From an uncultured virus (IMG/VR IMGVR_UViG_3300034104_001787) (taxonomy: Duplodnaviria; Heunggongvirae; Uroviricota; Caudoviricetes), in the IMG/VR virus record IMGVR_UViG_3300034104_001787: a stretch of 64,000 nt of DNA; one strand, 5' to 3'. The notes beneath the pieces are model-generated. The model ran no database searches. It saw only the letters and a program-made list of their open reading frames with translations, and was not told the origin of the DNA. Shown here in pieces: positions 20,329 to 31,375 of the stretch (positions within the stretch are counted from its first letter, which is position 1; every line of letters starts with the position of its first letter). A program made the position numbers and the translations under genes.

Positions 20329-20663
20329 TGGCACTATTACAACCAATACAAACCCAATATGGGGTTGAGCTAAACTACTGGAAGGTTTCTATAACCAATG
20401 TAGATTGGCATAACAAGAGGCTCGAATTAGCACTTGCAGGATACTACGATCAAGCAAGCCGTATCAATGGCAAGATGCCTTTGGAATTTGTCACGTTCTA
20501 TTTTGAGAATGATGACTTTTTCCCTGATATTAATTTGAATTTAATCCAGCAATGTTATCAGAGGTTGCAAAGTCCTGTTGTTGACTACAATGGGAATGAT
20601 ATTAATCCTTTTCAGGCAGCAACCGAAATCTTTGAACCCGGACAACCAGTAGAAAGACCGTGA
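20328..20663 (+). CDS. Small tail-fibre-associated protein
   Basis: MALLQPIQTQYGVELNYWKV pattern found after fibre genes; translationally coupled. Confidence 0.45.
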   Translation: MALLQPIQTQYGVELNYWKVSITNVDWHNKRLELALAGYYDQASRINGKMPLEFVTFYFENDDFFPDINLNLIQQCYQRLQSPVVDYNGNDINPFQAATEIFEPGQPVERP

Positions 20664-20785
20664 AACACTACATCATTTCTGAGGAGGTATTGAACTCTGT
20701 AATTCAATATCTGTCTCGACATCCTTATAGCGAGGTGCATATTGGCATCCAAGCATTACAGAACTTAGAAGAAGTTAAACCTTAA
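20660..20785 (+). CDS. Hypothetical 41-aa protein
   Basis: GTG start overlaps the previous stop; MKHYIISEEVLNSVIQYLSRHPYSEV; below the ORF-track cutoff. Confidence 0.5.
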   Translation: MKHYIISEEVLNSVIQYLSRHPYSEVHIGIQALQNLEEVKP

Positions 20786-20796
20786 TCATTCATAAA

Positions 20797-20955
20797 ATGA
20801 AATTCACTCACTCTTGGAGAAACAGAACCAAACAAGCTGACAAGTTTCTCATCAAAGTAAGATTTGGAAAACTTACTGTGTTAGATGTAATAGTTGACAT
20901 CGGTGCCAACTTATATCAGTTTACTTTTTGTAATTTTACAATCAGGAATAATTGA
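20797..20955 (+). CDS. Hypothetical 52-aa protein
   Basis: MKFTHSWRNRTKQADKF...NFTIRNN with an A-rich leader; fills the gap before the holin-like gene. Confidence 0.55.
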   Translation: MKFTHSWRNRTKQADKFLIKVRFGKLTVLDVIVDIGANLYQFTFCNFTIRNN

Positions 20956-20958
20956 TCT

Positions 20959-21408
20959 ATGAAAAAAATCCGCGACACCAAGTTAGGTGCGTGGCTAAAA
21001 GATAAGGCTCCTCAAATCCTCGATGTTGTAGGGGATGCATTACCCGATCAGGGAATGTTGGGAGTACTGAAGAATTTAATAGATAAAGAACCAAGCCTCT
21101 CATCTGCCGAAAAGAAAGAGTTGATGCAGATGATGCAGCAACTCCACGTAGAAGAACAGAAAGAGATAACTGAGCGTTGGAAATACGATACAAGTTCCAA
21201 TAGTTGGTTAGCTGTTAATGTTCGTCCTCTTGTGCTTGCTTCTCTTATTGTATTCCTTTATCTCTTTATCATCTTGGATAGCTTGAAGATAGAGTATGAG
21301 GTAAAGGATTCTTGGATCTCTATTTATGAAACAGTACTTATCACAACTATAGGAGGCTACTTTGTTGTTCGATCTATTGATAAAAATAAAATGCCGTGGC
21401 AACGCTAA
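20959..21408 (+). CDS. Putative holin (3TM-holin-like)
   Basis: ITERWKYD...WLAVNVRPL followed by two hydrophobic helices and GGYFVVRS. Confidence 0.65.
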   Translation: MKKIRDTKLGAWLKDKAPQILDVVGDALPDQGMLGVLKNLIDKEPSLSSAEKKELMQMMQQLHVEEQKEITERWKYDTSSNSWLAVNVRPLVLASLIVFLYLFIILDSLKIEYEVKDSWISIYETVLITTIGGYFVVRSIDKNKMPWQR

Positions 21409-22046
21409 ACGAAATTGTATATAACCTTGCTACCCAAGTAGGTAAGCCTGATGATGTCGTTCTTCGTGAGCGGCTCAAAATGATGGTTGCCTACTATCGT
21501 GCCTTATTCATCCGCCAAGACCAGCAGAGGAACTTTAGTATTCCCTCTCAGTTTATTCAACAACTGGATTGTCTGGAGATGGAAGAGGCAAGTGCTATGG
21601 AGTGTTGCTACCAAGAGAACATTGGTTGTACCGTATGGCGCACAGTTAAAAAGGTACCTCGACCAGTTCGCCTGTACGATGGATCTGACTTTATATATGT
21701 TGGTACGGTGGATGCAAAACAACCTTACCAAAGAACTACGGCAGTTCAAGCGGATTACTCGCGTTACTCTAAATGGAGTAAGCAACATCCTCAGTACATC
21801 TATACTAACGACAGAATCTATGTCTACAATACGACACCTAAGAAGATCTTAGTAAAGGGCATCTTCGAGGATCCGTCTGATTTGTATGGGTATGTATGCT
21901 GCAACAACACAGAAATCTTTACAGCAGATATGGAGTACCCAATGTCTATGGATATGGTACAACGTGTCTCACAGTCAATATTGTCTTTAGAACTCCGATT
22001 AGAAGATAGAACAGATGATGCGAGTGAAATTCAGCTCAGTGAGTAA
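21396..22046 (+). CDS. Conserved crAss-like tail ring/structural protein
   Basis: GTG start; TLNEIVY, YYRALFIRQ, KGIFEDP and EYPMS motifs; synteny before IHF-like/tail tube genes. Confidence 0.65.
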   Translation: MATLNEIVYNLATQVGKPDDVVLRERLKMMVAYYRALFIRQDQQRNFSIPSQFIQQLDCLEMEEASAMECCYQENIGCTVWRTVKKVPRPVRLYDGSDFIYVGTVDAKQPYQRTTAVQADYSRYSKWSKQHPQYIYTNDRIYVYNTTPKKILVKGIFEDPSDLYGYVCCNNTEIFTADMEYPMSMDMVQRVSQSILSLELRLEDRTDDASEIQLSE

Positions 22047-22470
22047 TGTAGGTGCAGTAGATGCCTACAAGTTTTACAAGAAGAAATACCCTAAGACCAC
22101 AGTAACTTATACTCTCTATAAGTATGTGGTGTCAGAGTTTAATAAGAAGGTCAGTGATCTTATTTTAGAGGGGCACTCTTTTAATATGGGCCACAGGTTG
22201 AGTAGCATACGCATTAAGAAGATAGCGAGGTCTTTTAACAAGCCTACAGTTGATTGGGGAGAGACCAATAAGCTTAGGAAAGAAGGTATCAAAACCATTG
22301 TGTACTATACCGACGACTTCTACTTCAGATGGCATTGGGAAAAGGCCCGTTGCTTAGTAAAGAATAAAAGCGTTTACAGCTTTACTCCTAATGGTGGAGT
22401 AAAGGGAAACAAGAGAGCATTAGTAACCAAACTGAAACAAGATGAATTTGCCTACTTAAATTTCAAATGA
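22039..22470 (+). CDS. IHF/HU-like DNA-binding protein of crAss-like phages
   Basis: Basic; FNKKVSDLILEG, IRIKK, VDWGETNKL and YSFTP motifs; sits just before the tail tubular gene. Start uncertain (22015 or GTG 22039). Confidence 0.65.
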   Translation: MSNVGAVDAYKFYKKKYPKTTVTYTLYKYVVSEFNKKVSDLILEGHSFNMGHRLSSIRIKKIARSFNKPTVDWGETNKLRKEGIKTIVYYTDDFYFRWHWEKARCLVKNKSVYSFTPNGGVKGNKRALVTKLKQDEFAYLNFK

Positions 22471-23267
22471 TTTATAAAACGGTATCCTCCAAAGCTGTCG
22501 TAGCTAAAATCTTCCGGGATCTGAAACCTAATTCAGATTCTTGGGTTGTTGATGCTATTGAGTGGATTGGAGAGGCATTGGAATATATTGGATACTTTAC
22601 GGGTCTTGAGAAGCGTGGTATTGAGTTAGAGGTTAAGAATCACCGGGCACTCCTTCCCTGCGAACTGGTAGACATCCTTCAGGTAGAATACAATGGTTCT
22701 GCCTTACCCTATGGTACTGACACTACGGTATACGATTTACCCCGCGCCGACCGTACTACTAATCCACAGCCCTATGGAGACAATATAGCGGCTACAGGAG
22801 CAGTATTTCAAACAGAGGCAGCAGAACATCCATCTGGCAACAATACGTTCAAGCAGCGTATGCAAGTGCGTGCGTCAGGATATGGCGGAGGAGATTACTA
22901 TGTGATCAATCCGGACTATATCCAAACGTCATTTGAAGAAGGTAAGGTAAAGATTCACTATACTGCCTTTCCTTTAGATGATTGTGGCTATCCTTTAGTT
23001 CCAGATAATATTTATTTCAAACAAGCTCTTGAATGGTACGTGATTCGTCAGATGCTGATGGGGGGTTATACGCACCCCTTCATCGATTGGCAGGCAGCAG
23101 ATATGAAATGGGGCGAGTACTGTGTAAAGGCACAGAACCAAGCTGCCTTCCCGAGCATAGACAAGATGGAAGCGTTCAAGAATATGTGGGTGAGAATGTT
23201 ACCGAACATCAATGCCCACAGCGATTTCTTTATTGGGAATAACACACAAGAACGACTGATGCGATGA
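22467..23267 (+). CDS. Tail tubular protein (P22 gp4-like)
   Basis: IEWIGEALEYIG, YIQTSFEEGKVKIHY and GYPLVPDN...ALEWY motifs of crAss-like tail tubular proteins. Confidence 0.75.
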   Translation: MIYKTVSSKAVVAKIFRDLKPNSDSWVVDAIEWIGEALEYIGYFTGLEKRGIELEVKNHRALLPCELVDILQVEYNGSALPYGTDTTVYDLPRADRTTNPQPYGDNIAATGAVFQTEAAEHPSGNNTFKQRMQVRASGYGGGDYYVINPDYIQTSFEEGKVKIHYTAFPLDDCGYPLVPDNIYFKQALEWYVIRQMLMGGYTHPFIDWQAADMKWGEYCVKAQNQAAFPSIDKMEAFKNMWVRMLPNINAHSDFFIGNNTQERLMR

Positions 23268-26200
23268 AACCTGTTAAAGGAATAAATACCGACGTTTCTC
23301 CACAGAATCAGCCCGATGGAACCTACCGTCGGGCTTACAACTTTATTTATGGGAAACAACTTGATGCCCTTATTCAGGAGAGTGGTGCAGAGTTCTATGG
23401 ATTGTTTTCTCAATTCAACAACCATATTCTTGGAGTACACGTTTTAGATGATGGGGAGTGGGTTGTATTTGCAATCGCTAATATTGATGCGCCTATAGAT
23501 CAGATAGATATTAATGAAGGGTCAATTTGGATTTATCGTCCTAATGCCCCTGTAGGAGAACAATTTCAACAAGTAATAGGTGAGAATCTAACGTTTAGTT
23601 TTGAATTCAGTCGGTTCGATAATTTTGATGTAGTATCCTTCAAGTATTTTAATGGGGATAGATATGTGGTATTTACCAATGGATATTCTCCACCTAAGAT
23701 TGTAAATATTGATAGGGTATATGGTGACTTTTTTGATGGTAAAGACATTTATTTATTCCCACATATCAATAGTGTTCAGATAACGGGCAATAGTGTGACG
23801 GGCGGTGAGTTAGCTGAGGGAGCATACTTTGTTGGTACACGCTATATTACAGACGATGGTGGTGTAACTAAGGTTACAGATTTGGCTGGCCCTTTTTATG
23901 TAAGGGGCAATAACAACGGCTTAAACATTCGATTAGACAATGTAGGCCGATCCCATAAGTTTCTTGATGTTGTATTACTAAGTGTCATCAATAATCAAAT
24001 CTCTGTACGTGTTGTTCAGAGATTTAGTACCGCAAGCACTATAAGTACAGCACCATATACCATCAGCACAAGGATTTTAACTGGTGCTATTACGTTAGAA
24101 GAACTTACTCTGGAGGACATCAGCGTTATGCCTCAGAGCTATACTCGTGTAGGCTCTATGGAGATGCACGATAATCGGTTGTATATCGCCAATTTAGAAA
24201 CTAAAGAAGATGTTTCTTTACAAGAAGTAGCAAATGCAATATGGCCTGAATATCATATCATAGATAATAATACGCCAGCAGATCATGCTACAGAAGAAAC
24301 ATACTTAACCGAAGACGAATCTTTGGATGAAGTAGGGTATCCTGAAAATACCGGATTTATGCCAGATGAGGTATACGCTTTGTATGTCTCGTTTATTCGA
24401 GATGATGGATCATATAGCCCAGCATACCACATTCCCGGCAGACCTATCCTTACTAATGTTTTAAATGCAGGTGTAGTTGGAGAAGAGATTGATTTGGTTA
24501 CATATCGTGCGCCTTACAATATTGATTATCATCCAGATGCATTAGCTAAAAACTATTATGAGATAAATCTAAATAACTCGTTACAGACTATTCTGGACTC
24601 TAATATTCTTCCTTTTCAACCTAACTATTTGGGGTTGATGAATTTTTTAAATACAGATAAGAATATTTTTGGTGCGGGCGGTAAATATTGGATGGGCCGC
24701 TGTACAGCTATTTGTAGTGCAGAAGGCCCAACTAAAGGACTTTTAGGTATATGGCAAAATCAAGACGAGTTATATCCCGCGAACTTCCCCGACCAGACAG
24801 TACATCCATTAAGTTGGATTTTAAATCTTGGGGAGTATAGTTTGTATGATACTTTAAGTAATAATACGGTACCTACAGAACAAGTAGAGATTGCAAATAA
24901 ACCCGTATCACACCATCGTATGCCAAGTATCTCTTGGCTTAGAGAGATGGGATATGATTGGAACGATAGGAAGAACCCCCGTTTAAAGCTGGTCTTTCAT
25001 AATGTAGATATACCTACTGGATATCAAGGAGTTCGTTTTTATTATGCTAAGCGTACTGGATCTAATTGTATCATTCAAGGTACAAGCCCAGTAATACACG
25101 GTAGCCCTAACTGGTTTGCTGAGTTTGGTAATGGCGGTGGCAATAGAGAACACTATAGCCAAACGACTTATAACTTATGGGTTAGAAACTCATTTGTTGC
25201 TTCTAATGATGAAGGCTATGAACCCGCATCTACAGATTTTAAAAACAGATGGGATTTTAGTGGCAACTCAAATTATGGTACCAATGCCTACTCAAGTTAC
25301 ATAAGACTTGAGTGTGGTATTAGCCCAGAGTTTGGTATGATTAAAAACAAGCCGGGCATTGAGGGCCCAATGTATTTTAAAGGAGAGCAAGTATTCCATT
25401 ATATTCAAGATGAATATGATGAGGTTACTGGATATTTAGATCCTACAAGTAGCAATTTTGATCATATTATTGGATTAAATACATCTGTAGAAACTGTTTT
25501 TTATGATAGGACACCAGATGATAATGCATCGACAGATCCATTAGGAACATTTGGTAGACAACGTAAAGCAATATTTCAACCTCGTGTTTTAAATGGTGGA
25601 TTTATATCGCAGCCCATCCCATATACCTGTGAGATTTTAGATATAGCTAAAAATAAATATGTAGCGTCTAATAATGTAGATGATGAAATAGGATTCGATA
25701 ACCGTTACGGTATGGAATCTATGGTTTCATTGTGGAATGGTAATTTACAAATTAACGACTTTGGCGAGTATACTAATGGGCAAGAGTTGTTGCAGAGTTT
25801 AGAATATACGTATAAAAACATACCTAATATTATTGGTAATGTTGGAGAGAATACTTGGAATTTTGCAGAGCAAGGAATATTATTAGATGTAACTACTATT
25901 GCAAGTAATCAAGTACCACGTCAGCCAGTAATGGTTGGTAACTACAATCGGGTTGCAAGAAACTGCTATGAAGGATATACTCTACAGGATTTAGTAGCCT
26001 GTACTCCTGCGTGTGGCAGTATGCAATATGAAACTCAAGGCAACCCAATTAATTTCTCATACCCACGTAGAGGAGTTTATACTTCCTTTAACAATTCAAT
26101 TTGGCATCGTCCAAGATATACTGTAGGCGATGTAATACGATCTATGTATCGGTTTAGGCTTACTGCTCCTATGGGCGCAAATGCAAGAGTTAATGGTCAA

Positions 26201-27922
26201 TCTTCAAATAATGGTACTTGGCAATATGTACCTACAGATGGGGTAATAGCAGGTGGAGCGGGAACTGTAGATGCAGAAACAGGTACTATCTCTACAGTTT
26301 ACTACAACTCAGTATACACGCCTTATAACCACTTATTTAGAGATACATACCAAACCAACTTGAATGATTGGGAGTTTGTATACAGACCAGCAAGTCCAGA
26401 AGAAAATAACGAGTATACCTTTAAGTCGGACTTCTTGCAGCTTAATCAATGGCAGCAACCCTTGATCTACAATGCCGACGACCCTCAGCTAAATAAGTTC
26501 CCGTATCGTATACATAGAAGCTTAGCATTCCAACCGGATAGTACACGTATGACTATTCGGGAGTTTGTCCCATTAGACTATTTAGAACAGCCAAAGGATA
26601 GAGGGCCAATCACTAACCTTCAGGACTACGGAGATAAGCTTCTTATCCATCACGAAAAGTCATTGTACATTACCAGCGGTAAGGAGAAGATTGTTACTAC
26701 AAGTGGTGTGGCTGCACTTGGTGATGGAGATATATTCGATGTGCGTCCTCAAGAGATCCTTACTACAGAGTTTGGGTATGCTGGAACACAGAACAAAGCA
26801 GCTTGTGTTCTTACGCCTGCTGGTTACTTCTTTGTTGACTTAGCACGTAAGAAGGTATTTCTCTATAACGGCCAATTAAAAGAAATCTCGTCTAATGGTA
26901 TGCGAGATTTCTTTAATAGGGAATTGGATATATTTAGAGGAGGATTTTGGAGAACACAAGCCTCTCCATCAGTAATTTATGACTACCCAACTGAATTAGG
27001 AGGCAGTAATTTTACAGCTACCCATAGTTTTATGAATGGTGTTGCTGCAGCATACGATGAGCAAACCAATCGTGTTGTACTATTCATCAGAAATACAACA
27101 AGTAAAGTTGATACTCCTGTAACCTTCCCTAATACTCAAGGAGAACTTTATACATACGGCTATATTTTAAACTCTGGAGGTAATCAATATAATGTAGTTA
27201 TTAGTAATCCTCAGACTTGGAAGTGGGCACCTAAGGATACTTACATCAGTTTTAGCTTTGACAATAATGCTTGGGTATCCTTCCATAATTATAATGCTGA
27301 CATTTTAATTGGCGGATTAGATGGCTTGTATGGTATCCAAAACGCTGGACCTCAAAAAGTTTATCGATACAATTCACCTAAGGTTTTACCAGCAGCAAAT
27401 GTTAAAGCATCGATAGACATTGCATTTGGTGCACCTAAAGCAGCACATTGGAGATCGTTTGAGTGGATTGCAAAAGCTTATTGGAATCCAAAAGTTATTG
27501 GCGGTGTTACAGTATTTGATGACACCTTTTCTCCTGCTAATGGGGCTTTGCATAATCAGTATAAGTACAACTTTGATTATGCCTTGGTCTTTACAGATAC
27601 GCACAATAGTGGCTACGTAGCACTCTACGAACCTGATCCACAGTTAGGCGTTCCGATTGGTACGGTAAGATTGCAAGAAGGGCGTTGGAAATTCAATGCT
27701 TTCCGTGATATTATCTCGGATAGGGAGGAACCAACGATGTCATTGGACGGTCAACTTATAACTTCTAATCTTAATCCCAATAAACCTTATTACGAGAAAA
27801 GAAATATTATAAGTGATAATATCGTACTGCGCTTAGAAACAGGCAAAGTAAGAGACGCTGATGTCAAAGCTTTACTATATTTGTACGAGGTTACAGCAAA
27901 CGCACGATTGAGTGCCCGTTGA
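23264..27922 (+). CDS. Tail stabilisation/muzzle protein (P22 gp10-like)
   Basis: 1552 aa; KGINTDVSPQNQPDGTYR, NRLYIANL, GFMPDEVYA...PAYHIPGR, GYAGTQ, EISSNGMRDFF and WVSFHNY motifs. Confidence 0.8.
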   Translation: MKPVKGINTDVSPQNQPDGTYRRAYNFIYGKQLDALIQESGAEFYGLFSQFNNHILGVHVLDDGEWVVFAIANIDAPIDQIDINEGSIWIYRPNAPVGEQFQQVIGENLTFSFEFSRFDNFDVVSFKYFNGDRYVVFTNGYSPPKIVNIDRVYGDFFDGKDIYLFPHINSVQITGNSVTGGELAEGAYFVGTRYITDDGGVTKVTDLAGPFYVRGNNNGLNIRLDNVGRSHKFLDVVLLSVINNQISVRVVQRFSTASTISTAPYTISTRILTGAITLEELTLEDISVMPQSYTRVGSMEMHDNRLYIANLETKEDVSLQEVANAIWPEYHIIDNNTPADHATEETYLTEDESLDEVGYPENTGFMPDEVYALYVSFIRDDGSYSPAYHIPGRPILTNVLNAGVVGEEIDLVTYRAPYNIDYHPDALAKNYYEINLNNSLQTILDSNILPFQPNYLGLMNFLNTDKNIFGAGGKYWMGRCTAICSAEGPTKGLLGIWQNQDELYPANFPDQTVHPLSWILNLGEYSLYDTLSNNTVPTEQVEIANKPVSHHRMPSISWLREMGYDWNDRKNPRLKLVFHNVDIPTGYQGVRFYYAKRTGSNCIIQGTSPVIHGSPNWFAEFGNGGGNREHYSQTTYNLWVRNSFVASNDEGYEPASTDFKNRWDFSGNSNYGTNAYSSYIRLECGISPEFGMIKNKPGIEGPMYFKGEQVFHYIQDEYDEVTGYLDPTSSNFDHIIGLNTSVETVFYDRTPDDNASTDPLGTFGRQRKAIFQPRVLNGGFISQPIPYTCEILDIAKNKYVASNNVDDEIGFDNRYGMESMVSLWNGNLQINDFGEYTNGQELLQSLEYTYKNIPNIIGNVGENTWNFAEQGILLDVTTIASNQVPRQPVMVGNYNRVARNCYEGYTLQDLVACTPACGSMQYETQGNPINFSYPRRGVYTSFNNSIWHRPRYTVGDVIRSMYRFRLTAPMGANARVNGQSSNNGTWQYVPTDGVIAGGAGTVDAETGTISTVYYNSVYTPYNHLFRDTYQTNLNDWEFVYRPASPEENNEYTFKSDFLQLNQWQQPLIYNADDPQLNKFPYRIHRSLAFQPDSTRMTIREFVPLDYLEQPKDRGPITNLQDYGDKLLIHHEKSLYITSGKEKIVTTSGVAALGDGDIFDVRPQEILTTEFGYAGTQNKAACVLTPAGYFFVDLARKKVFLYNGQLKEISSNGMRDFFNRELDIFRGGFWRTQASPSVIYDYPTELGGSNFTATHSFMNGVAAAYDEQTNRVVLFIRNTTSKVDTPVTFPNTQGELYTYGYILNSGGNQYNVVISNPQTWKWAPKDTYISFSFDNNAWVSFHNYNADILIGGLDGLYGIQNAGPQKVYRYNSPKVLPAANVKASIDIAFGAPKAAHWRSFEWIAKAYWNPKVIGGVTVFDDTFSPANGALHNQYKYNFDYALVFTDTHNSGYVALYEPDPQLGVPIGTVRLQEGRWKFNAFRDIISDREEPTMSLDGQLITSNLNPNKPYYEKRNIISDNIVLRLETGKVRDADVKALLYLYEVTANARLSAR
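27876..27883 (+). promoter_or_regulatory. Possible Bacteroidota -7 box (TATATTTG) for downstream small genes
   Basis: TAnnTTTG inside the 3' end of the upstream gene, about 80 nt before ATG 27966. Confidence 0.35.
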
Positions 27923-27965
27923 TTTGTAGAATGCGCTGTAATCTAATACTATAATATATCTAAAA

Positions 27966-28178
27966 ATGGAAACATCACTTACCGTGTATGAGATACTTGT
28001 TATATCAGGGTCTATACTTACGGTCTATATACGCCAAGTAGTGGAACAATCTAAAATCAAAACCCGTCTTGAGTTTTTAGAAAACGGAAGAGACGAGATC
28101 AGAGATATCCTCTCTGAGTTAGTACGAGATATGCAGGAAATAAAACTTCTTTTAGCTAAGAATCAAATTGTAAAATAA
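27966..28178 (+). CDS. Small membrane protein (one TM helix plus coiled coil), possibly lysis-related
   Basis: Hydrophobic LTVYEILVISGSILTVYI followed by a heptad helix. Confidence 0.5.
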   Translation: METSLTVYEILVISGSILTVYIRQVVEQSKIKTRLEFLENGRDEIRDILSELVRDMQEIKLLLAKNQIVK

Positions 28179-28471
28179 TGGCACGTTCTGAAAAGCCCAT
28201 ACGTCGCACAACCAAAGGTGCAGGTGCAAACTACCGCCCAACTAAACAGGGGGCAGGTATGACTGCATCAGGAGTACGGGCTTATCGGAAAGCCAACCCC
28301 GGAAGTAAGTTACAGACAGCAGTAACTGGAAAGGTAAAAGCGGGCAGTAAAGACGCAAAGAGAAGGAAATCTTTTTGTGCACGATCTGCAGGCCAGATGA
28401 AGATGTTTCCTTCAGCGGCTAAAGATCCCAATTCACGTTTAAGGCAAGCTCGCCGCAGATGGAAATGCTGA
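28178..28471 (+). CDS. Small highly basic phage protein
   Basis: RRKSFCARS...KDPNSRLRQARRRWKC motif of a widespread phage family. Confidence 0.7.
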   Translation: MARSEKPIRRTTKGAGANYRPTKQGAGMTASGVRAYRKANPGSKLQTAVTGKVKAGSKDAKRRKSFCARSAGQMKMFPSAAKDPNSRLRQARRRWKC

Positions 28472-28472
28472 T

Positions 28473-28667
28473 ATGAAAAAATCTAATTGGATACAAAAAG
28501 CTATTAAGCGTCCCGGTGCTTTTACAGCGAAAGCTAAAAAGCGCGGGTTGTCTGCTGCTGCATTTGCTATGGCGGTAAAGAAGAATCCCAAGAAGTACGA
28601 TACTACTACTGTACGCCAAGCTAACCTCGCCACTACCCTTCGTAAAATCTCTAAAAAGAAGAAGTAA
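28473..28667 (+). CDS. Small highly basic phage protein
   Basis: NWIQKAIKRPGAFTAKAK...RQANLATTLRK motif of a widespread phage family. Confidence 0.65.
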   Translation: MKKSNWIQKAIKRPGAFTAKAKKRGLSAAAFAMAVKKNPKKYDTTTVRQANLATTLRKISKKKK

Positions 28668-31375
28668 TGAACGAGTGGTGGTCTCAGTTACCTCAACAAC
28701 AGCTTGATGCTCTATATGGGCAGTATATGGCTCAGAATCCTAATACAACGTATCAGGATTGGATGGGCCTTTTGCAATCTGGGCAGTTAAACAATTTCTA
28801 CAATAATCCGCAGATGGCTAACTGGCCTCAAGCGGATACTCAGCAGTTACAATATCTTCAATCATATAACCCTCTTTCTAAAGAAGGCTTTACTGAAAAT
28901 CCTGATGTATCCCCTGTGATTGGATGGGGATATAACCCTATTCCTAAAATGGGGTTAACTAAATCTGCACCTATTTTAGAACCAAGTGGAAGTCTATTAG
29001 CAAATCCAGTTGCCAATTCAATCCCATCGACTCCTATTCTTAATAGTCCGTATATGACTGATTTTAGAAATCAGTTAAGTAATATTCAGCAGAATGGGTT
29101 GATGAGTGATATAGCTTCTCGGACTAATGCTACCTATACGAATGTTCAGGGAGGTCAGGCGGCGGATGTGTTAGGTAAACACGTTAATGCAGACGCTATA
29201 TCTACTTTAAAAACAACAGGGCTGAACTTTGCTGGGGAGTTAGTAAAGGATATGGAGAAAGAGCGTACTGCATATCAAGCCCCTACACAGTCCTTTTCTA
29301 ATATCGCTGGTAGCGCATTACAAGGGGCAGCACAGGGTTCAAAGTTCGGTCCGGTAGGTACAGCTGTTGGAGCTATAGCTGGTGGAATTACAGGCTTTGC
29401 ACAACGCCAGAAGCAGATTAAACAGTGGAATGAGGATTTAGCTGATACACGGAGCGCACAACTTGCTGCCAATACTGGAGCAATGCGCGACTATCAGCGT
29501 GCTATGTACGGTTACAATTCTACTGGAGGCCCATCTGTTGGCCCATATGCAAAATATGGTGGTGAGGTAGATGCAATTAAAAAAATGGAGGGAGGCGGTC
29601 CTACAGATAAAAACTCTACGTATACTAAAGATTACACACGTTGGGGAACCAATGTCCACGAATTGCATAAGGCGGGTAAATTATCTTGGGAAGATGTATT
29701 ACGTACCCAAGCTGCCAGATCGCAGGAAGTTTATGCTTTAGCTCAACAACTCAACCTACCACACCCCGAAGCAGTTACAGCGCAATTTGTTTTAGAAAGT
29801 GGTTGGGGCGATAGAACTCCAGCACAGTATTCTGTATTTGGAATTAAAGACCATCCCGCATTTAGACAACGATTAGATGCTGCAAATATTCCATATATAG
29901 TTGGAGATAAGGTATCAACTGGTGAATACATAAATGGGAAGAAAACGACGGAAAATTCAGCCTTCTTGGGATTCCCTGATTTAGAGTCAAGCGTACGTGC
30001 ATATGCTCAATTTTTAAATCAACCGAGATATGCCGCAGTAAAAGAAGCTGCAAATCCACAGCAATATTTACAAGCTTTAAGACAAGCGGGATATAGTACC
30101 AATCCGAATTATGTAAAGGATTCTATGGGAGTTATATCTTCATTCGATAATAGAAGAAGCCGATTCCCTATGGAGGTTTATGTAGAGCCTCAACCTCAAA
30201 CAGCAGTAGAGCCAATGCAACCTATTCCTGCTTGGGCAAAACCTCCAAATATTTTACAGTTAAAAACACTTGCACTTGGAGGTTCGACGGATACTGCGTT
30301 ATTAGACTGGCCTCCGACAACAGGAACTGCAGGGCCGATTACTACTCTGCAACCAAGAAATACAACTGCTCCTACATTTGATCTTGGGGTAAGGCCAGAA
30401 ACTTCATCTAAGCCAGTGTCTCGTGTAAATCCTATGGCGCAAGTAGAAAGTGATAAAGCCGCATACCAAGCAGAGATAGCAAGGCAAAATAAAGAAAAAG
30501 AAACGAGAGCGAGAATAGCAGAGATGCAAGCTGCTGCAGATCCTTATCGAGGTTTAGCTACAACACGTTCCCCCGAACCTGATCCATTTGTTCCTCGTCC
30601 CTTATACCAAGTTTCTGAAGCCGATATTAGACGTAATGAAGCTTTAGGTCAGCAGAGAAAAATAGAGGAGGATATGGCACAGATGGGGCAAAAAGCAACG
30701 AATGCTGCTACTACCTTACGAAATAATCCTGAAATGGCAATGGATGCAGCGCAACTTGTCTTACAAGGTATTGCTGCTACAGATATTCCATTAGTCTCCC
30801 AAGGAGCGGGTATCATAAATACAGGAGGATATTTAGGAAGGGCTGGTTACTATGGTCTTAGAGGCGCATTGGAAAACGATCTTGGTTATGCGGCGAAGTC
30901 AGGCATTTATACTGGGTTAGGTGGATTAAGCGCTGCTGGTATAATTCCGGGAGCAGGAACAGCCGCTGATGCAGGTGCAATGGCTATATTAGGAGATGCA
31001 TTACATGCTGCTCATGCAAGCCGTGTGGGACAAGCCGCACATACATTAGGCACAGCTTCTAAAATAAGTTCTACAACAGGGCAGGGCAGTATAATTGGGG
31101 GATTAACTGGTACTAATAAAAAGTACGGCGGTTCAAATAAAACTCCTCAATATGAAACTGAGGGAGGTGAAGTAATTCTAAGCAATCCCGGACAAAAGCC
31201 AATATCTTTGGGACAGGGTACTTACAAGAAAATGAATATGGGCGGCCAGTTACATAAAGCTGTGGGTCCAAAACATACAAATGGAGGTATACCTACAGCA
31301 GGAGGTAATGGTGGTTATGTCTTTAGCGATGCAATGAAATTTGATGCTTCGGCAATTTTAAATATGTTACGATGA
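28667..31375 (+). CDS. Virion cargo/ejection protein with GH73 (FlgJ-like glucosaminidase) domain
   Basis: AQFVLESGWG...FGIK...YAQFL...RY...GYSTNPNY at about 29760-30130; Gly-rich hydrophobic segments; C-terminal EGGEV/GPKHTNGG/VFSD motifs. Confidence 0.75.
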   Translation: MNEWWSQLPQQQLDALYGQYMAQNPNTTYQDWMGLLQSGQLNNFYNNPQMANWPQADTQQLQYLQSYNPLSKEGFTENPDVSPVIGWGYNPIPKMGLTKSAPILEPSGSLLANPVANSIPSTPILNSPYMTDFRNQLSNIQQNGLMSDIASRTNATYTNVQGGQAADVLGKHVNADAISTLKTTGLNFAGELVKDMEKERTAYQAPTQSFSNIAGSALQGAAQGSKFGPVGTAVGAIAGGITGFAQRQKQIKQWNEDLADTRSAQLAANTGAMRDYQRAMYGYNSTGGPSVGPYAKYGGEVDAIKKMEGGGPTDKNSTYTKDYTRWGTNVHELHKAGKLSWEDVLRTQAARSQEVYALAQQLNLPHPEAVTAQFVLESGWGDRTPAQYSVFGIKDHPAFRQRLDAANIPYIVGDKVSTGEYINGKKTTENSAFLGFPDLESSVRAYAQFLNQPRYAAVKEAANPQQYLQALRQAGYSTNPNYVKDSMGVISSFDNRRSRFPMEVYVEPQPQTAVEPMQPIPAWAKPPNILQLKTLALGGSTDTALLDWPPTTGTAGPITTLQPRNTTAPTFDLGVRPETSSKPVSRVNPMAQVESDKAAYQAEIARQNKEKETRARIAEMQAAADPYRGLATTRSPEPDPFVPRPLYQVSEADIRRNEALGQQRKIEEDMAQMGQKATNAATTLRNNPEMAMDAAQLVLQGIAATDIPLVSQGAGIINTGGYLGRAGYYGLRGALENDLGYAAKSGIYTGLGGLSAAGIIPGAGTAADAGAMAILGDALHAAHASRVGQAAHTLGTASKISSTTGQGSIIGGLTGTNKKYGGSNKTPQYETEGGEVILSNPGQKPISLGQGTYKKMNMGGQLHKAVGPKHTNGGIPTAGGNGGYVFSDAMKFDASAILNMLR